Assembly: GCA_965261615.1 (NCBI GenBank)
Contig: OZ253461.1
Span: 1,273,223 to 1,337,222, forward strand
DNA: 64,000 nt
Direction of reading: 5' to 3'
DNA from: Alphaproteobacteria bacterium
GTDB lineage: Bacteria > Pseudomonadota > Alphaproteobacteria > Bin98
The notes under the pieces were generated by a model. The model did not search any database, had not been told where the DNA came from, and worked only from the letters and a program-made list of their open reading frames with translations. Below, in pieces: positions 32,519-43,127 of the stretch. The stretch's first letter is position 1. Each line of letters begins with the position of its first letter. The position numbers and the translations under genes are program-made.

Positions 32519-34099
32519 ACCCTCATCTTCAGCAGATGGCTTCAAACCTCCAATGTCGCTTTCCGCCCCTAAGTCCGCTTCACCAGCGGGCTCTCCACCA
32601 AAAAAACTGCTCTGAAAAGATTGCGAGTCACTCATATTTTCTTTTTCACGCACTATATTATCTAACTCCTCTGGAAGCCTTTCACGCAAAGTATCATAAG
32701 CCGCAATTAACATATTCATGAGGCGAATAGTCTCCGACATATGCTTAGCTGACTTATCTAATGAATTTACGGCATAATGCGCCATCTCAGGAAGAATATA
32801 ACGGAAAAAATGGTTCAGTTTTTTTATCACTCTCGCGATATCTACAAGTGTACGTTGTGATGTGACCTGCCCTGTCTCCATTTGCTCTGCACAGTTCGCC
32901 AAAACATTTAATAGATCCTGATGAGAGTCAAGGTGCTTAAGCACATGTCCAACATCTGCACGCGCACCATCTAAGTGATTAATCTTTTGCCAAACCAAGC
33001 TATCACGTAAACCAATAATACTCATTCGCATTTCATTGTTATAACGCAATATTGATTGAAAAATTCTCTCAAACTCTCTGTTTTCAAAACACACTGGCCG
33101 AAAAGAAGCTGCCCCCTGTATTTTTTGCACTAGAGGGAGTAATTCATTTTTGATCTCCCCACGACCATCAACCAAAGCGTTATCTAAGTTCTCAATTTCT
33201 TTGTGAAAATAAGACCGCTGTGACTTATAGTACCAAGTAAGAACGCAAGCCACCAGAAGCATAAGCATGAAGTTTAAGAGTATAAACACTCCCTCTGTGG
33301 GAAAATACGCTTCACGGTGCTTTAAAATATCTGCAGCCAAGTCAGATAGCGCAAAAAGATTTTTGTACAAAGCCCGCTCTTTGCTGGAAATTTCTGCACT
33401 ACCTTGTAACAAAACTGTTTTTCCAACAAGCTCTCCAACTACATGATCAAACGCCGACACAGACTCCATCCATGCGCGTAATTTTTTTGCCCCCACTCCA
33501 CTGTATACGGAAGGCTCCACTTTATAACGTAAGCGACTACCATCACCACCGTGACCTACTTTAGTTGTTTGCAAAAAAAGCACAGTTTGCTCAAGCCACT
33601 TTTCAGTATTTTGACGATACTTTTGAGGAACACTGCGATCTACTTCTTCTAGCAAACTGTGTGCCTTGCTAAGAAGCACTTTTTTCTGCTCACGCAACCC
33701 ATTCGCCTCATCCATGTACGTCAGCAGAACTCGCTTATAGTTTTCCTCTTCCGCAATCAAAGCCATCAATCCACTAGAAAAGGCAGTTCCTGTCAATCCG
33801 GCCTCTTTGCATAAAAGTGATTCTAAACGCTTTAACGAAACCATCGCTTGGTCACCCAGAGCGAAAACGTCATGTGCTCGCTCTGACCAAACAGAGGATG
33901 TGTCTCGAATTAAAATATACCTTTGCCGTAAGTGGGAGGATGCTTTACGAAAAAGCTCATACATATCCGCAGCCGAATCGCGCTCTTCTCCATAACGATA
34001 CAACCACACCGCCTCTCCAAACCATGTCAAAGCAGAAAATGACAAAACTCCAACTGTTAATAAAAAACGAAACCTTCGACTAAGCAACACTGATATCAC
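32510..34099 (-). CDS. Hypothetical membrane protein: two predicted TM helices (aa ~11-33 and ~272-292), ~240-aa loop between them, ~235-aa helical C-terminal region with acidic tail; no recognizable catalytic motif
   Basis: Long intact ORF between flanking terminators; hydrophobic segments FRFLLTVGVLSFSALTWFGEAVWLY and VFILLNFMLMLLVACVLTWYY; GTG start at 34099 sits directly on the SD, so the true start may be the GTG/TTG 3-4 codons downstream. Confidence 0.7.
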   Translation of the reverse strand: MISVLLSRRFRFLLTVGVLSFSALTWFGEAVWLYRYGEERDSAADMYELFRKASSHLRQRYILIRDTSSVWSERAHDVFALGDQAMVSLKRLESLLCKEAGLTGTAFSSGLMALIAEEENYKRVLLTYMDEANGLREQKKVLLSKAHSLLEEVDRSVPQKYRQNTEKWLEQTVLFLQTTKVGHGGDGSRLRYKVEPSVYSGVGAKKLRAWMESVSAFDHVVGELVGKTVLLQGSAEISSKERALYKNLFALSDLAADILKHREAYFPTEGVFILLNFMLMLLVACVLTWYYKSQRSYFHKEIENLDNALVDGRGEIKNELLPLVQKIQGAASFRPVCFENREFERIFQSILRYNNEMRMSIIGLRDSLVWQKINHLDGARADVGHVLKHLDSHQDLLNVLANCAEQMETGQVTSQRTLVDIARVIKKLNHFFRYILPEMAHYAVNSLDKSAKHMSETIRLMNMLIAAYDTLRERLPEELDNIVREKENMSDSQSFQSSFFGGEPAGEADLGAESDIGGLKPSAEDEGKG

Positions 34100-34172
34100 C
34101 CCTATTTACGGTTGTACCACGGCGCATTTCACATAGAAAGCCCTACCCTTCAAAGCACCTAGGTTTTAAGCC

Positions 34173-34186
34173 TTAGCATATGCTAA
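34173..34186. repeat. Perfect 14-bp palindrome TTAGCATATGCTAA, 5 nt downstream of the ychF stop and ~75 nt upstream of the hypothetical gene start
   Basis: Read directly; equals its own reverse complement. Confidence 0.9.
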
Positions 34187-34190
34187 CTGG

Positions 34191-35291
34191 TTACACATTA
34201 AAGCGGAAGAGAATCACATCTCCATCTTGCACAATATAGTCACGCCCTTCCTGTCGGAGTTTTCCTGAGTCTTTTGCTCCAGACCAACCCTGGCACTGGC
34301 AAAAGTCTTCATACGCAACCACTTCCGCCACAATAAAACCACGCGCAATGTCCGAGTGAATTTTAGAGGCCGCCACCAAGGCTGTGTCCCCCTTCATTAC
34401 TGTCCATGCACGAGCCTCTTTCGGACCTGCTGTAAAAAAAGAAATCTGGCCCAGAAGGCTATAGGCCTTCTGAATTACACGAGTACGAGCCTCATCTGTA
34501 ACACCACTATCCTCCAAGAACAGTGCTCGCTCCTCCACGGGCAGTTCAGCAACTTCCTTCTCAAAAGAAACACAAACTGGAACCAACGGCACATCCTTTC
34601 CCATATATTCCTGAATGCCTTGATAGTCGGGTAGTTCAGCGACAGTCCCCATCTGTTCCCAGCTCACATTGCATACAACCATGGCAGGTTTTGAACTCAA
34701 GAGAAATTTGTAGCTATCCAGCTCTTTTTGCGCCTTATTCCAAGCACCCTGAACGATGGGCTTACCACCCTGCAAGTGAGCAATCCCATCTTCTAAAAAG
34801 CTCATCTCCAAACGAATGGCTTCGTCCTGAGAGTATCTCTTTTTCTGCATACCTTCTAAACGCTTTTCTAAAAACATTAAGTCGGCTAAGACAAGCTCTT
34901 CCGTTATTGTATGCAAATCTGCTAATGGGTTAAGGGATCCATTAACGTGAATGATATCATCATCCTCAAAAAATCGCACAACATGGATCAGCGCCTCCAC
35001 CTCACGAATATTTTGCAAAAATAGGTTTCCCAGCCCTTCACCATTACTCGCACCTTGAACAAGGCCTGCAATATCTGTAACTGAGAGGGTGGCGTGCACT
35101 ATGCGCTCGGAGCACGCCGTTTGCGCAATTTTCTCTAAACGGTCATCCACCAATAACGTTTGCGATGCCTGCGGATCAATTGTACAAAACGGAAAGTTTC
35201 CTGAGGCAGCAATATCTTGTCGCAAAAGCAAATTAAACAAAGTTGACTTTCCAACATTAGGAAGTCCCACCAAACCACAACTAAGAGACAT
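34191..35291 (-). CDS. ychF: Ribosome-binding ATPase YchF (Obg-family GTPase)
   Basis: GLVGLPNVGKSTLFN P-loop, C-terminal TGS domain. Confidence 0.93.
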   Translation of the reverse strand: MSLSCGLVGLPNVGKSTLFNLLLRQDIAASGNFPFCTIDPQASQTLLVDDRLEKIAQTACSERIVHATLSVTDIAGLVQGASNGEGLGNLFLQNIREVEALIHVVRFFEDDDIIHVNGSLNPLADLHTITEELVLADLMFLEKRLEGMQKKRYSQDEAIRLEMSFLEDGIAHLQGGKPIVQGAWNKAQKELDSYKFLLSSKPAMVVCNVSWEQMGTVAELPDYQGIQEYMGKDVPLVPVCVSFEKEVAELPVEERALFLEDSGVTDEARTRVIQKAYSLLGQISFFTAGPKEARAWTVMKGDTALVAASKIHSDIARGFIVAEVVAYEDFCQCQGWSGAKDSGKLRQEGRDYIVQDGDVILFRFNV

Positions 35292-35838
35292 TTATACTCC
35301 TTACTGACTCTGCTAGCCTTTTCTCACAACCACTAAATATGTTTTCTCGATCGATCCATATGCGTGCGCACACATCTTCAATCACTTTCCATGCAGAAGG
35401 ATGCATTTTTTTCAAAACATATGCACCCAATCCTATAACTGGATCTCGCCCAACACCAACACCAAGACGCCAAAAGTTCGCGCCCACTGTCCCTATAATA
35501 CTTCTCAAGCCATTATGTCCACGGGCTCCTCCACCAAGCGTAGCTCGTATGCGCCCCACTGGAACATCCGCATCATCATACACCACCATCAGGTCTAAAG
35601 GGGACCACCCTCTTTTCGCCAGCAAAGGCTGCACTGCTGCTGCTGAAACATTCATATACGTTTGCGGTTTCAGCAGCGACAGACTGCCTTCAGCTAGTGG
35701 AGCGCTGCTCTGCAAACCATTTTTACAGGAAGACCAACGTTCCTCAGCCCACGCATCCACACACGCAAACCCAGCATTGTGGGGAGTGCTTTCATATTGC
35801 GATCCAGGGTTCCCCAAACCGCAAACAACTTTAATCAC
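35281..35838 (-). CDS. pth: Peptidyl-tRNA hydrolase
   Basis: 185 aa, GLGNPGSQYESTPHNAGF signature; 11-nt overlap with ychF. Confidence 0.93.
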   Translation of the reverse strand: MIKVVCGLGNPGSQYESTPHNAGFACVDAWAEERWSSCKNGLQSSAPLAEGSLSLLKPQTYMNVSAAAVQPLLAKRGWSPLDLMVVYDDADVPVGRIRATLGGGARGHNGLRSIIGTVGANFWRLGVGVGRDPVIGLGAYVLKKMHPSAWKVIEDVCARIWIDRENIFSGCEKRLAESVRSINVS

Positions 35839-36398
35839 GACGCCTTCACACGCGCTGGAATCAGCTTGGCCACTGTTTTGCCAGCATCCAATATTTTAAC
35901 AGGCTTTGAAAAAACCAAATCCTCTGTATGCAAAATTCGTCCAGGTTGGACCTCTTTCATATCCAACAAAGCTTTTTCGGGCAAAGCACTCGCCCCGTCA
36001 ACCCTTACGCGAACAAACCTCAACATAACGTGCAAAGTTGCTTTTGCCTTCAAGGCAGGACTTTCTTCCAAGTTTTCGAAAACTATTGGAACCCTAGTTG
36101 CCACAGAAGAACTATCATCAACACGCAAAAAATCAATATGCAAAGGCACTCCGGAAACAGGATGCCACTGCACAGCACGACAGATTACACGTTCTTTTTT
36201 GTCGCCTACGTTCACCTCAAACGGCACAGTATACAAATCAGCACCTTTGATAGCCTCAAAATCCTTTAGTTCTACGGACCCTGTTACATTTTTTTGCTTT
36301 AAGCCATAAATCTCACAAGTCACGCCACCATCTCTGCGAGAAGATCTCGCTCCAGATCTCCCACCAGATGCTCGCTCCAAACAATCAATACTCTTCAC
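35835..36398 (-). CDS. rplY: 50S ribosomal protein L25 / general stress protein Ctc
   Basis: 187 aa; L25 N-domain plus Ctc C-terminal extension; classic rplY-pth-ychF order. Confidence 0.85.
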   Translation of the reverse strand: MKSIDCLERASGGRSGARSSRRDGGVTCEIYGLKQKNVTGSVELKDFEAIKGADLYTVPFEVNVGDKKERVICRAVQWHPVSGVPLHIDFLRVDDSSSVATRVPIVFENLEESPALKAKATLHVMLRFVRVRVDGASALPEKALLDMKEVQPGRILHTEDLVFSKPVKILDAGKTVAKLIPARVKAS

Positions 36399-36551
36399 TG
36401 TCTACTCCTTATACCGTTTATCATACCACTCTTTCAATAGAAAAGCACCTCCCTCTGAAAAATAATCCTATTTCTCCCCATTCCCTCGAACACCTTCTGC
36501 GCAAACCCCACACCTCTTTTCTTTGTTTTTGCAAAAACGTTGTTAGAAAAC

Positions 36552-36580
36552 TTGACTTTTTGAAGAAAAAGCCCCATAAT
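36552..36580 (+). promoter_or_regulatory. Sigma70-type promoter for tRNA-Leu: TTGACT(36552-36557)-17nt-CATAAT(36575-36580)
   Basis: Hexamers and 17-nt spacer read directly; tRNA 5' end lies 10 nt downstream of the -10. Confidence 0.7.
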
Positions 36581-36589
36581 TTACGTAGT

Positions 36590-36677
36590 GCGGGTGTGGT
36601 GGAATTGGTAGACACACTAGACTTAGGATCTAGCGGCTTTTGTCGCCGTGGGGGTTCAAGTCCCTCCACCCGCACCA
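36590..36677 (+). tRNA. tRNA-Leu (anticodon TAG), CCA encoded
   Basis: GCGGGTG acceptor stem, anticodon stem CTAGA/TCTAG with loop CUUAGGA, long variable arm, T-loop GGGGGTTCAAGTCCCTC, ACCA 3' end. Confidence 0.88.
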
Positions 36678-36771
36678 CAGCTGGATTTAGCGCCTTTGTC
36701 GGCGCCCTTAAAATCACCCAGCGCGTCCAGAGTGCGATTATCTTTACAAGATTTGAAATGGAGTACATTCG

Positions 36772-37995
36772 GTGTTAGAACTACAAAAAACAGAGCCTAC
36801 TGCTAGGCATTATCTATTCACTATCCCACAAAAAGAAGTTTCTACTGCCATTAGCGCAGAGCAAAAAAAACCTCATAAATCTCACGACGAAATGCTAAAC
36901 GCAGCAATCTATGGTTTGGTGCATCAACGCATTGCTGAGGTGCAACAACAAGACGGCTGCACTGTTCTAAATGTCCAAGACCTATCCATTGTTCCAGAAG
37001 AAGAGGCTCAGACATCACCAGACATGCCTGCTGAAGAAAAACCTTTGAAAATTAAAGTAGTTCTAGAGTGCCTTCCTGACATAGACATCTCTTCCATAGA
37101 AGGAAGAGCATTCAGCCCTCTAGTTTTCACTCCCAGTGACGCTGAGATCGAAGAGTTTGCAAGTGAACAGCTCAAGCAACAAGCCGGTGAGTTCACCCCT
37201 CAAACAGCCGCAACAAAAGACAGCATAATTAAGTGCAGCGTGACATGCAAGGTTGACGGACGGATTCTACCCTCACACACCAGGTCTCAGGCAGTCATCG
37301 ACATGCGCAAAGAAGACTTTTGGCCAGAAATTCTCAAGGCCCTTCTGGGCAAAAAAGCTGGCGAGTCTGTGTCTGCAGAAGTAACCATGCCCCTTTCCTC
37401 TTCACCACTTATCAGCAATAAGCCTGCCAGCATTGCAGTTCACATTACTGAAATCAAAAAATTCCAAGAAGCCAAAGCCGCAGATGATGCTAGCGCAAAA
37501 AAAGCTGGCTTCGAATCCTGGAAGGACTTTTTAGAAAAATTCCGCACAAACATAACACAGACCGGCACAAAAACAGCCCAAGAGTTTTCACACACTGAGT
37601 TGGTTAATATCATACTAGAGCTGGATTACCCAACTCCCACCTCACTTTTGCAAGAGCGTGTAGCTCAGCAGAGAAAAACAGCTCTCGACGCCATTCAGCC
37701 GCGCACAAAGTTTACCGAAGATGAGCTCCGCCTCATATCAGAAAAGGCAGAGCGTGAAGCACGAATTGTGACTTTTGTCCTTTCTTACGCTCGAACACAC
37801 AACGTTAATGTTCTGCCACAAGATGTTCAAGCCATTTACACACCAAAATCCCCGGAAGAGGCGGAGTTTTATCAGGGCATTGTTTTGGAGCAAAAAGTAT
37901 TTGCCTCTATACAGTCAAAATTGACCTCAAGTGAGAAAAAAATATCCTTGAACGAACTGAAAAACCTTGTAAAAGCAAGAGAAGAAAATGTTTAG
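36772..37995 (+). CDS. tig: Trigger factor-like protein (divergent; called by synteny with clpP-clpX-lon and N-terminal pattern)
   Basis: 407 aa with GTG start; tig-clpP-clpX-lon order; N-terminal E/R/hydrophobic periodicity resembles the TF N-domain, but the GFRxGxxP ribosome-binding signature is not found. Confidence 0.5.
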   Translation: MLELQKTEPTARHYLFTIPQKEVSTAISAEQKKPHKSHDEMLNAAIYGLVHQRIAEVQQQDGCTVLNVQDLSIVPEEEAQTSPDMPAEEKPLKIKVVLECLPDIDISSIEGRAFSPLVFTPSDAEIEEFASEQLKQQAGEFTPQTAATKDSIIKCSVTCKVDGRILPSHTRSQAVIDMRKEDFWPEILKALLGKKAGESVSAEVTMPLSSSPLISNKPASIAVHITEIKKFQEAKAADDASAKKAGFESWKDFLEKFRTNITQTGTKTAQEFSHTELVNIILELDYPTPTSLLQERVAQQRKTALDAIQPRTKFTEDELRLISEKAEREARIVTFVLSYARTHNVNVLPQDVQAIYTPKSPEEAEFYQGIVLEQKVFASIQSKLTSSEKKISLNELKNLVKAREENV

Positions 37996-38045
37996 CGTGT
38001 ACATTTGTACAAAACTCGTAGTAGAATGATATTGGGGAGAAAGAT

Positions 38046-38651
38046 ATGACGGACAGTTTTATGCACAATTTAGTACCTTATGTAGTCGAGTCTACTGCAC
38101 GAGGTGAGCGTGTTTTTGACATCTACTCGCGCATGCTCAAAGAGCGCGTGATTTTTTTAGTAGGACCCATCGATGATAATGTAGCGTCCACCATATGTGC
38201 ACAGCTTCTATTTCTAGAGTCAGAGTCTCCTCAAAAAGATATATTTCTGTACATTAATTCGCCAGGAGGGTCTGTCACCTCTGCCTTAGCAATGATGGAT
38301 ACAATGAATTACATTTCAAGCCCAGTAGCAACTCTTTGCATGGGCCAGGCAGCCTCAGCAGGATCATTACTATTGGCTTGTGGAGCGAAAGGTAAACGTC
38401 GCTGTTTGCCCAATGCACGCATTATGGTGCACCAGCCTCTTGTCCATGGCCTGGGGGGACAAGCCACTGATATCGAAATTCACACCAAAGCGCTTTTGGA
38501 CACACGTAAGACTCTTTACGACATTTATGCTAATGTTACGAATCAACCATTTGATGTCATTGCAAAAGCAATGGAAAGAGATAATTTTTTGAAGCCTCAA
38601 GAAGCCCTGGACTTTGGCTTAATTGACCAAATTGTGGAGAAACGATCATGA
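38046..38651 (+). CDS. clpP: ATP-dependent Clp protease proteolytic subunit
   Basis: 201 aa, [14 protein letters not shown] (active-site Ser) and MVHQPL (His) motifs. Confidence 0.96.
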   Translation: MTDSFMHNLVPYVVESTARGERVFDIYSRMLKERVIFLVGPIDDNVASTICAQLLFLESESPQKDIFLYINSPGGSVTSALAMMDTMNYISSPVATLCMGQAASAGSLLLACGAKGKRRCLPNARIMVHQPLVHGLGGQATDIEIHTKALLDTRKTLYDIYANVTNQPFDVIAKAMERDNFLKPQEALDFGLIDQIVEKRS

Positions 38652-39883
38652 GTCAGGATATAAAGTGTTCCTTCTGCGGAAAACAGCGCAGTGATGTCAC
38701 AAGCTTAATTGCTGGAAAATCTGGTTATATCTGTGATAGTTGCGTGCATCTATGCGAAAGCGTTTTGCATAAAAGCCCCCCCGCTCCTGCTGACCAGGAG
38801 ATTCAAACACCCGCACAAATTTTTGACAAACTGGAAGAAAAAGTGTTTGGGCAAATCAAAGCAAAAAAAGCACTTTCTGTGGCAGTTCATAACCACTACC
38901 AGCGTTTAGCACACCCGGAAAAAGGCATCGAAAAATCAAACATTCTACTGATTGGATCCACCGGTTGTGGAAAGACCCTTTTAGCCAAAACACTTGCTGA
39001 GTCCCTGCAGGTTCCGCTTGCCATCGCTGACGCCACAAGCCTCACCGAAGCTGGGTATGTCGGTGATGATGTGGAAACTATCATTACCCGACTGCTTCAA
39101 ACCACATCGTTTGATGTGAAAAAAGCAGAACGCGGAATAGTTTATATTGATGAAATTGATAAGATCACCCGAAAAGCAGATGGTCCATCTATCACAAGAG
39201 ATGTGTCTGGTGAGGGTGTGCAGCAAGCATTACTAAAACTTTTAGAAGGCTCCCAAGTTAACGTTCCTGTACAAGGAGGCCGTAAGCACCCTCAGCAAGA
39301 TGTAGTCGTCGTGGACACTACTAATATTTTATTCATATGCGGTGGAGCTTTTGATGGTCTACAGCGTATTGTTCGTGAGCGTGTAGAACGCTCTTCAATG
39401 GGCTTTTTAGCCAACATCCCACAAGAAACCCAAAGCGAAGTGGCAAACTACAAGTTTCTATCACAACACTTGCAAACAGAAGACTTTGTCCGTTTTGGTT
39501 TCATCCCCGAATTTATGGGACGTTTACCATTTGCTGTCACGCTAGACTCATTAGACAAAGAAGCGCTTGTCAGCATTTTAACCCAGCCAAAAAACAGCTT
39601 AACCTCACAGTATAAAGCTTTATTTGAGCTCAACAATGTCGAATTGCGCTTTACAAACGATGCGTTGGAAGCCATCGCTGATTTGGCGCTCAAGCGCAAA
39701 ACTGGTGCACGCGGTCTTCGGAGCATTATAGATAGCTGCCTGATGGATACCATGTTTGATCTTCCAAGCCGCACAGACATCAAAAGCATTGTGGTTTCCA
39801 AAGACACAATTTACTCAAAAAAGCCATATATTGAGCTTTTGTCTGAGCCCAAAAAAAGCAAAGCACGCAATGGTGAAGCATGA
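38648..39883 (+). CDS. clpX: ATP-dependent Clp protease ATP-binding subunit ClpX
   Basis: CSFCGK...CDSC zinc finger, [15 protein letters not shown] Walker A; ATGA overlap with clpP. Confidence 0.96.
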   Translation: MSQDIKCSFCGKQRSDVTSLIAGKSGYICDSCVHLCESVLHKSPPAPADQEIQTPAQIFDKLEEKVFGQIKAKKALSVAVHNHYQRLAHPEKGIEKSNILLIGSTGCGKTLLAKTLAESLQVPLAIADATSLTEAGYVGDDVETIITRLLQTTSFDVKKAERGIVYIDEIDKITRKADGPSITRDVSGEGVQQALLKLLEGSQVNVPVQGGRKHPQQDVVVVDTTNILFICGGAFDGLQRIVRERVERSSMGFLANIPQETQSEVANYKFLSQHLQTEDFVRFGFIPEFMGRLPFAVTLDSLDKEALVSILTQPKNSLTSQYKALFELNNVELRFTNDALEAIADLALKRKTGARGLRSIIDSCLMDTMFDLPSRTDIKSIVVSKDTIYSKKPYIELLSEPKKSKARNGEA

Positions 39884-42261
39884 CCACAATACTGCAAAAG
39901 CGTAATATGTACCCGACGATACCGCTGCGGGATTTAGTGGTTTTTCCAGGGATCATGGGCACTCTTTTTGTTGGGCGAGACTCTTCCAAAAGCGCCCTTA
40001 GCTGCATGGGAAAACTATCGAAGATCGCCCTCTTTTTACAAAAAGACTCTCTGTCCACCAACATTTCTTCAGAAGAAGACCTGCACGAATACGGTGTAGT
40101 TGCACGCGTAATCAAACAGTTAATGCTCCCGGACGGCATTATCAAGGTCTTGGTTGAGGGGGAAAGGCGCGTAAAACTCAAAGACCTTTCATGGTCTGAA
40201 GAGAGTCATTGGACAGCTCACATCAAATCTGAGCCATACTCACCTGTTGATAGTAACATCGCTTTTTCTTTGAGCAGCATGCTCCTAGATGAGCTCAAAA
40301 ACTATGACAACATCGCAAAAAAAGTACCCTCACAGCTTCTCTCTCTATCCCCATCAAATGATGACCCCAACCTTTTACTCGACACTACCGTTACGCAGTG
40401 CAACTTAGGGGTAGAGCACAGCCAAAATTTGCTGTCTATCACAAACACGCAAGAACGCTATGAGCGCTGCCTTTCTATTTTTCAATCTGAAATCACTAGA
40501 CTATCCGTTGAAGAAACAATAAAAGAACGCATCAAAAAGCATATAAACAAAAATCAACGTGAATATTATCTACAAGAACAGCTCAAAGCCATTCAGAAAG
40601 AGCTCACAAACGGCCATTCCCCTGAAGATGAGTTAGCCAAACTTACTCGCCAAGCAGAAGAAGCTAATCTGCCGAAGGAAGTGATGTCTCGCGTGAAATC
40701 TGAACTCAATAAACTGCGCTCCATGAACTCCATGGCAGCCGAGGCTAGCATTGTTCGAAGTTATATAGAGTGGATTTTAGCACTTCCATGGAACCCTACG
40801 CCACCCAAGCCAATTTCATTAGATAAATGTCAGGAGACACTCAATTTGCATCATTACGGTCTTGAGAAAGTCAAAGACCGCATTCTTGAGCACCTTGCTC
40901 TACAAGAACGCTGCTCCTCTCCTAAAGGTCAAATTCTCTGTTTAATGGGTCCTCCAGGGGTTGGGAAAACATCTTTGTGTGCTTCCATAGCAGAAGCTAT
41001 TAATCGTCCCCTTGTGCGCTGTGCGCTAGGCGGCGTCCATGACGAAGGCGAAATCCGGGGACACCGTCGAACATATATTGGGGCAATGCCAGGAAAGGTC
41101 ATGCAAGGCATGAAAAAAGCTAAATCCATGAGCCCAGTATTTTTACTAGACGAAATAGATAAAATGGGTCACGATTGGCGTGGAGACCCGGCTTCCGCAC
41201 TATTAGAAGTTTTGGACGGCGAGCAAAACACGGCCTTCAATGACCACTATTTAGAGGTAGACTATGACCTTTCACGTGTGCTTTTTATAGCCACTGCAAA
41301 CTCTCTAAACATTCCTGCGCCACTATTAGACCGATTGGATATTTTAAATATTCAAGGATACACCGAAGAAGAGAAGCTATTCATCGCGCAAAAGCACCTA
41401 ATTCCTAAAGTAATGAAAAATGCCGAGCTCTCCGACAGTGAACTCAGCATTCAAGATAAGGTGTTGCCTCATATTATCAACGAATACACACGAGAGGCCG
41501 GTGTGCGTGATCTAACACGTCATCTCTCAACCATTACTAGAAAAACCGTCCTAACTTTGGCAAAAAAAGCAGAGCCAAATGTAACGGTTACCCCTAAAAA
41601 CCTCTCACAGTTTTTAGGACAACCTCTTTTTCAAGCGGACTCTCGTATTAAGTCCCTACCAGCCGGGTCAGCCTGTGGCCTAGCATGGAGCACCCACGGA
41701 GGTAGCACCCTCTATGTGGAAGTCCTCAAGTATGCTGGGCAAGGAAAGGTAACCCTAACGGGACACCTTGGAAAAGTAATGAACGAGTCGGCACAAATTG
41801 CAATGAGCTTAGCCCGTTCTTACGCGCCACGACATGCCCTAACAAAAAATCTTTTTCAAGAGCATGATTTTCACATTCACATCCCCGATGGAGCGATACC
41901 AAAAGATGGTCCGTCGGCCGGAATTACAATGACTGCGGCTATTGTTTCTCTAATCACAAACACGCCAATACATGCTGATATTGCAATGACAGGGGAGGTT
42001 ACTCTTCAAGGAAATGTGCATGCTATTGGTGGCTTAAAAGATAAACTGCTTGCAGCCCTGCGTATTGGAATCAAAAAAGTGCTCATTCCAGAAGCCAACA
42101 ATAAAGACATTGCAGATCTTCCCAAAAATGTGCGTGACAACCTTAAAATTATCAAAGTTAGCCATATGGATGATGTCCTGCTCCACGCCCTCACAAAGCC
42201 GGTTCTTTACAACATTAAATCCAATAAAAACGTCAGCTATCAGACCTGGACAACAAACTAA
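39880..42261 (+). CDS. lon: Lon protease
   Basis: 793 aa, GPPGVGKTS Walker [10 protein letters not shown] proteolytic Ser motif; ATGA overlap with clpX. Confidence 0.96.
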   Translation: MTTILQKRNMYPTIPLRDLVVFPGIMGTLFVGRDSSKSALSCMGKLSKIALFLQKDSLSTNISSEEDLHEYGVVARVIKQLMLPDGIIKVLVEGERRVKLKDLSWSEESHWTAHIKSEPYSPVDSNIAFSLSSMLLDELKNYDNIAKKVPSQLLSLSPSNDDPNLLLDTTVTQCNLGVEHSQNLLSITNTQERYERCLSIFQSEITRLSVEETIKERIKKHINKNQREYYLQEQLKAIQKELTNGHSPEDELAKLTRQAEEANLPKEVMSRVKSELNKLRSMNSMAAEASIVRSYIEWILALPWNPTPPKPISLDKCQETLNLHHYGLEKVKDRILEHLALQERCSSPKGQILCLMGPPGVGKTSLCASIAEAINRPLVRCALGGVHDEGEIRGHRRTYIGAMPGKVMQGMKKAKSMSPVFLLDEIDKMGHDWRGDPASALLEVLDGEQNTAFNDHYLEVDYDLSRVLFIATANSLNIPAPLLDRLDILNIQGYTEEEKLFIAQKHLIPKVMKNAELSDSELSIQDKVLPHIINEYTREAGVRDLTRHLSTITRKTVLTLAKKAEPNVTVTPKNLSQFLGQPLFQADSRIKSLPAGSACGLAWSTHGGSTLYVEVLKYAGQGKVTLTGHLGKVMNESAQIAMSLARSYAPRHALTKNLFQEHDFHIHIPDGAIPKDGPSAGITMTAAIVSLITNTPIHADIAMTGEVTLQGNVHAIGGLKDKLLAALRIGIKKVLIPEANNKDIADLPKNVRDNLKIIKVSHMDDVLLHALTKPVLYNIKSNKNVSYQTWTTN

Positions 42262-43079
42262 TGCAAAACCTTGTATGTGTTAATGGCAAATACTCCCCTA
42301 TAGATACTCCCCACTTTTCCACTTTAAGCCGCGCTGTTCACTTCGGTGATGCCATTTACGAAACGATTTTTTGTTTTGAAAAAAAATTTCTTTTTTGGGA
42401 CAGTCATATTGATCGATTGGAGCAGTCCGCTAAACACGCAAAAATACGGCCTCCTATACCATTCAATTCTTTTTTGCATATAGCATCACACCTTGCTGAA
42501 ACGAATTCGCTTTCTAAAACAGGCTACTCATTTGTTTGCTTAACACGAGGCCGAATAAAAACACGTTCTTTGTCCTCCGCTCATCAACCAGAATACTTTG
42601 TGAATTTTTTTCCAAAGCAATTTGGCCACGGCACCATTCGAATTAAACTTTTACAAGACTCTCGTTGGCAGCACCCCTGGATTAAATCAACATCGCTATT
42701 TGCAAATGCACTATCATCACTTGAAGCTCAAGAGCATCACGCACTAGCCGTCCTAGTCAAAGATGGTTACGTAACAGAGGGAACTCACTTTAATATTTTT
42801 GCCTTTATAGAAGGCAGCCTAGTCACGCCACCCTCTAATGGCAGCATTTTACCAGGATGTACACGTTCTGCCCTAGTGAAGTGCGCTCACGAGCTTAATA
42901 TACCTGTTGTAGAGCGATTATGCACACAAGATGAAATTCTGAATGCTGAAGCCTTGATTGGCACGTCCTCTCTAATGCACATCGCACACGTAGAGCAGGT
43001 CGACAAACGTACAATACCACTACATCCTGTAACGCAAAGCCTACGGGAAGTTTTTGACAAAATATACCTAGGAAAATAA
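42261..43079 (+). CDS. Class IV aminotransferase family protein (ADC lyase / D-amino-acid aminotransferase-like)
   Basis: 272 aa; VNGKY...FGDAIYET N-terminus and GSILPGCTRSALV motif typical of fold-type IV PLP enzymes; TAATG 1-nt overlap with the lon stop. Confidence 0.7.
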   Translation: MQNLVCVNGKYSPIDTPHFSTLSRAVHFGDAIYETIFCFEKKFLFWDSHIDRLEQSAKHAKIRPPIPFNSFLHIASHLAETNSLSKTGYSFVCLTRGRIKTRSLSSAHQPEYFVNFFPKQFGHGTIRIKLLQDSRWQHPWIKSTSLFANALSSLEAQEHHALAVLVKDGYVTEGTHFNIFAFIEGSLVTPPSNGSILPGCTRSALVKCAHELNIPVVERLCTQDEILNAEALIGTSSLMHIAHVEQVDKRTIPLHPVTQSLREVFDKIYLGK

Positions 43080-43095
43080 AGTACCTTACGGCTAT

Positions 43096-43113
43096 AGGCT
43101 CCCTTAGGAGCCT
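43096..43113. repeat. Perfect 7-bp hairpin AGGCTCC-ctta-GGAGCCT in the convergent aminotransferase/ntrX gap (possible bidirectional terminator, no T-run)
   Basis: Read directly. Confidence 0.4.
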
Positions 43114-43127
43114 CAATTGCACGCCAG

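Noticed and set aside
32329-32721. 65-aa (-) and 96-aa (+) ORFs in the convergent terminator spacer
   Set aside because: They run through two intrinsic terminators and into the neighbouring gene; no start context; considered noncoding
35339-36309. 186-aa and 176-aa plus-strand ORFs antisense to pth and rplY
   Set aside because: Overlap well-supported conserved genes on the other strand; Pro/Ser/Thr-rich translations typical of antisense reading of coding DNA
36430-36545. C-rich tract (ctccccattccctcgaacaccttctgcgcaaaccccacacctcttttc) in the rplY/tRNA-Leu divergent spacer
   Set aside because: No clear secondary structure, repeat or coding potential; most simply the rplY-pth-ychF promoter/UTR region
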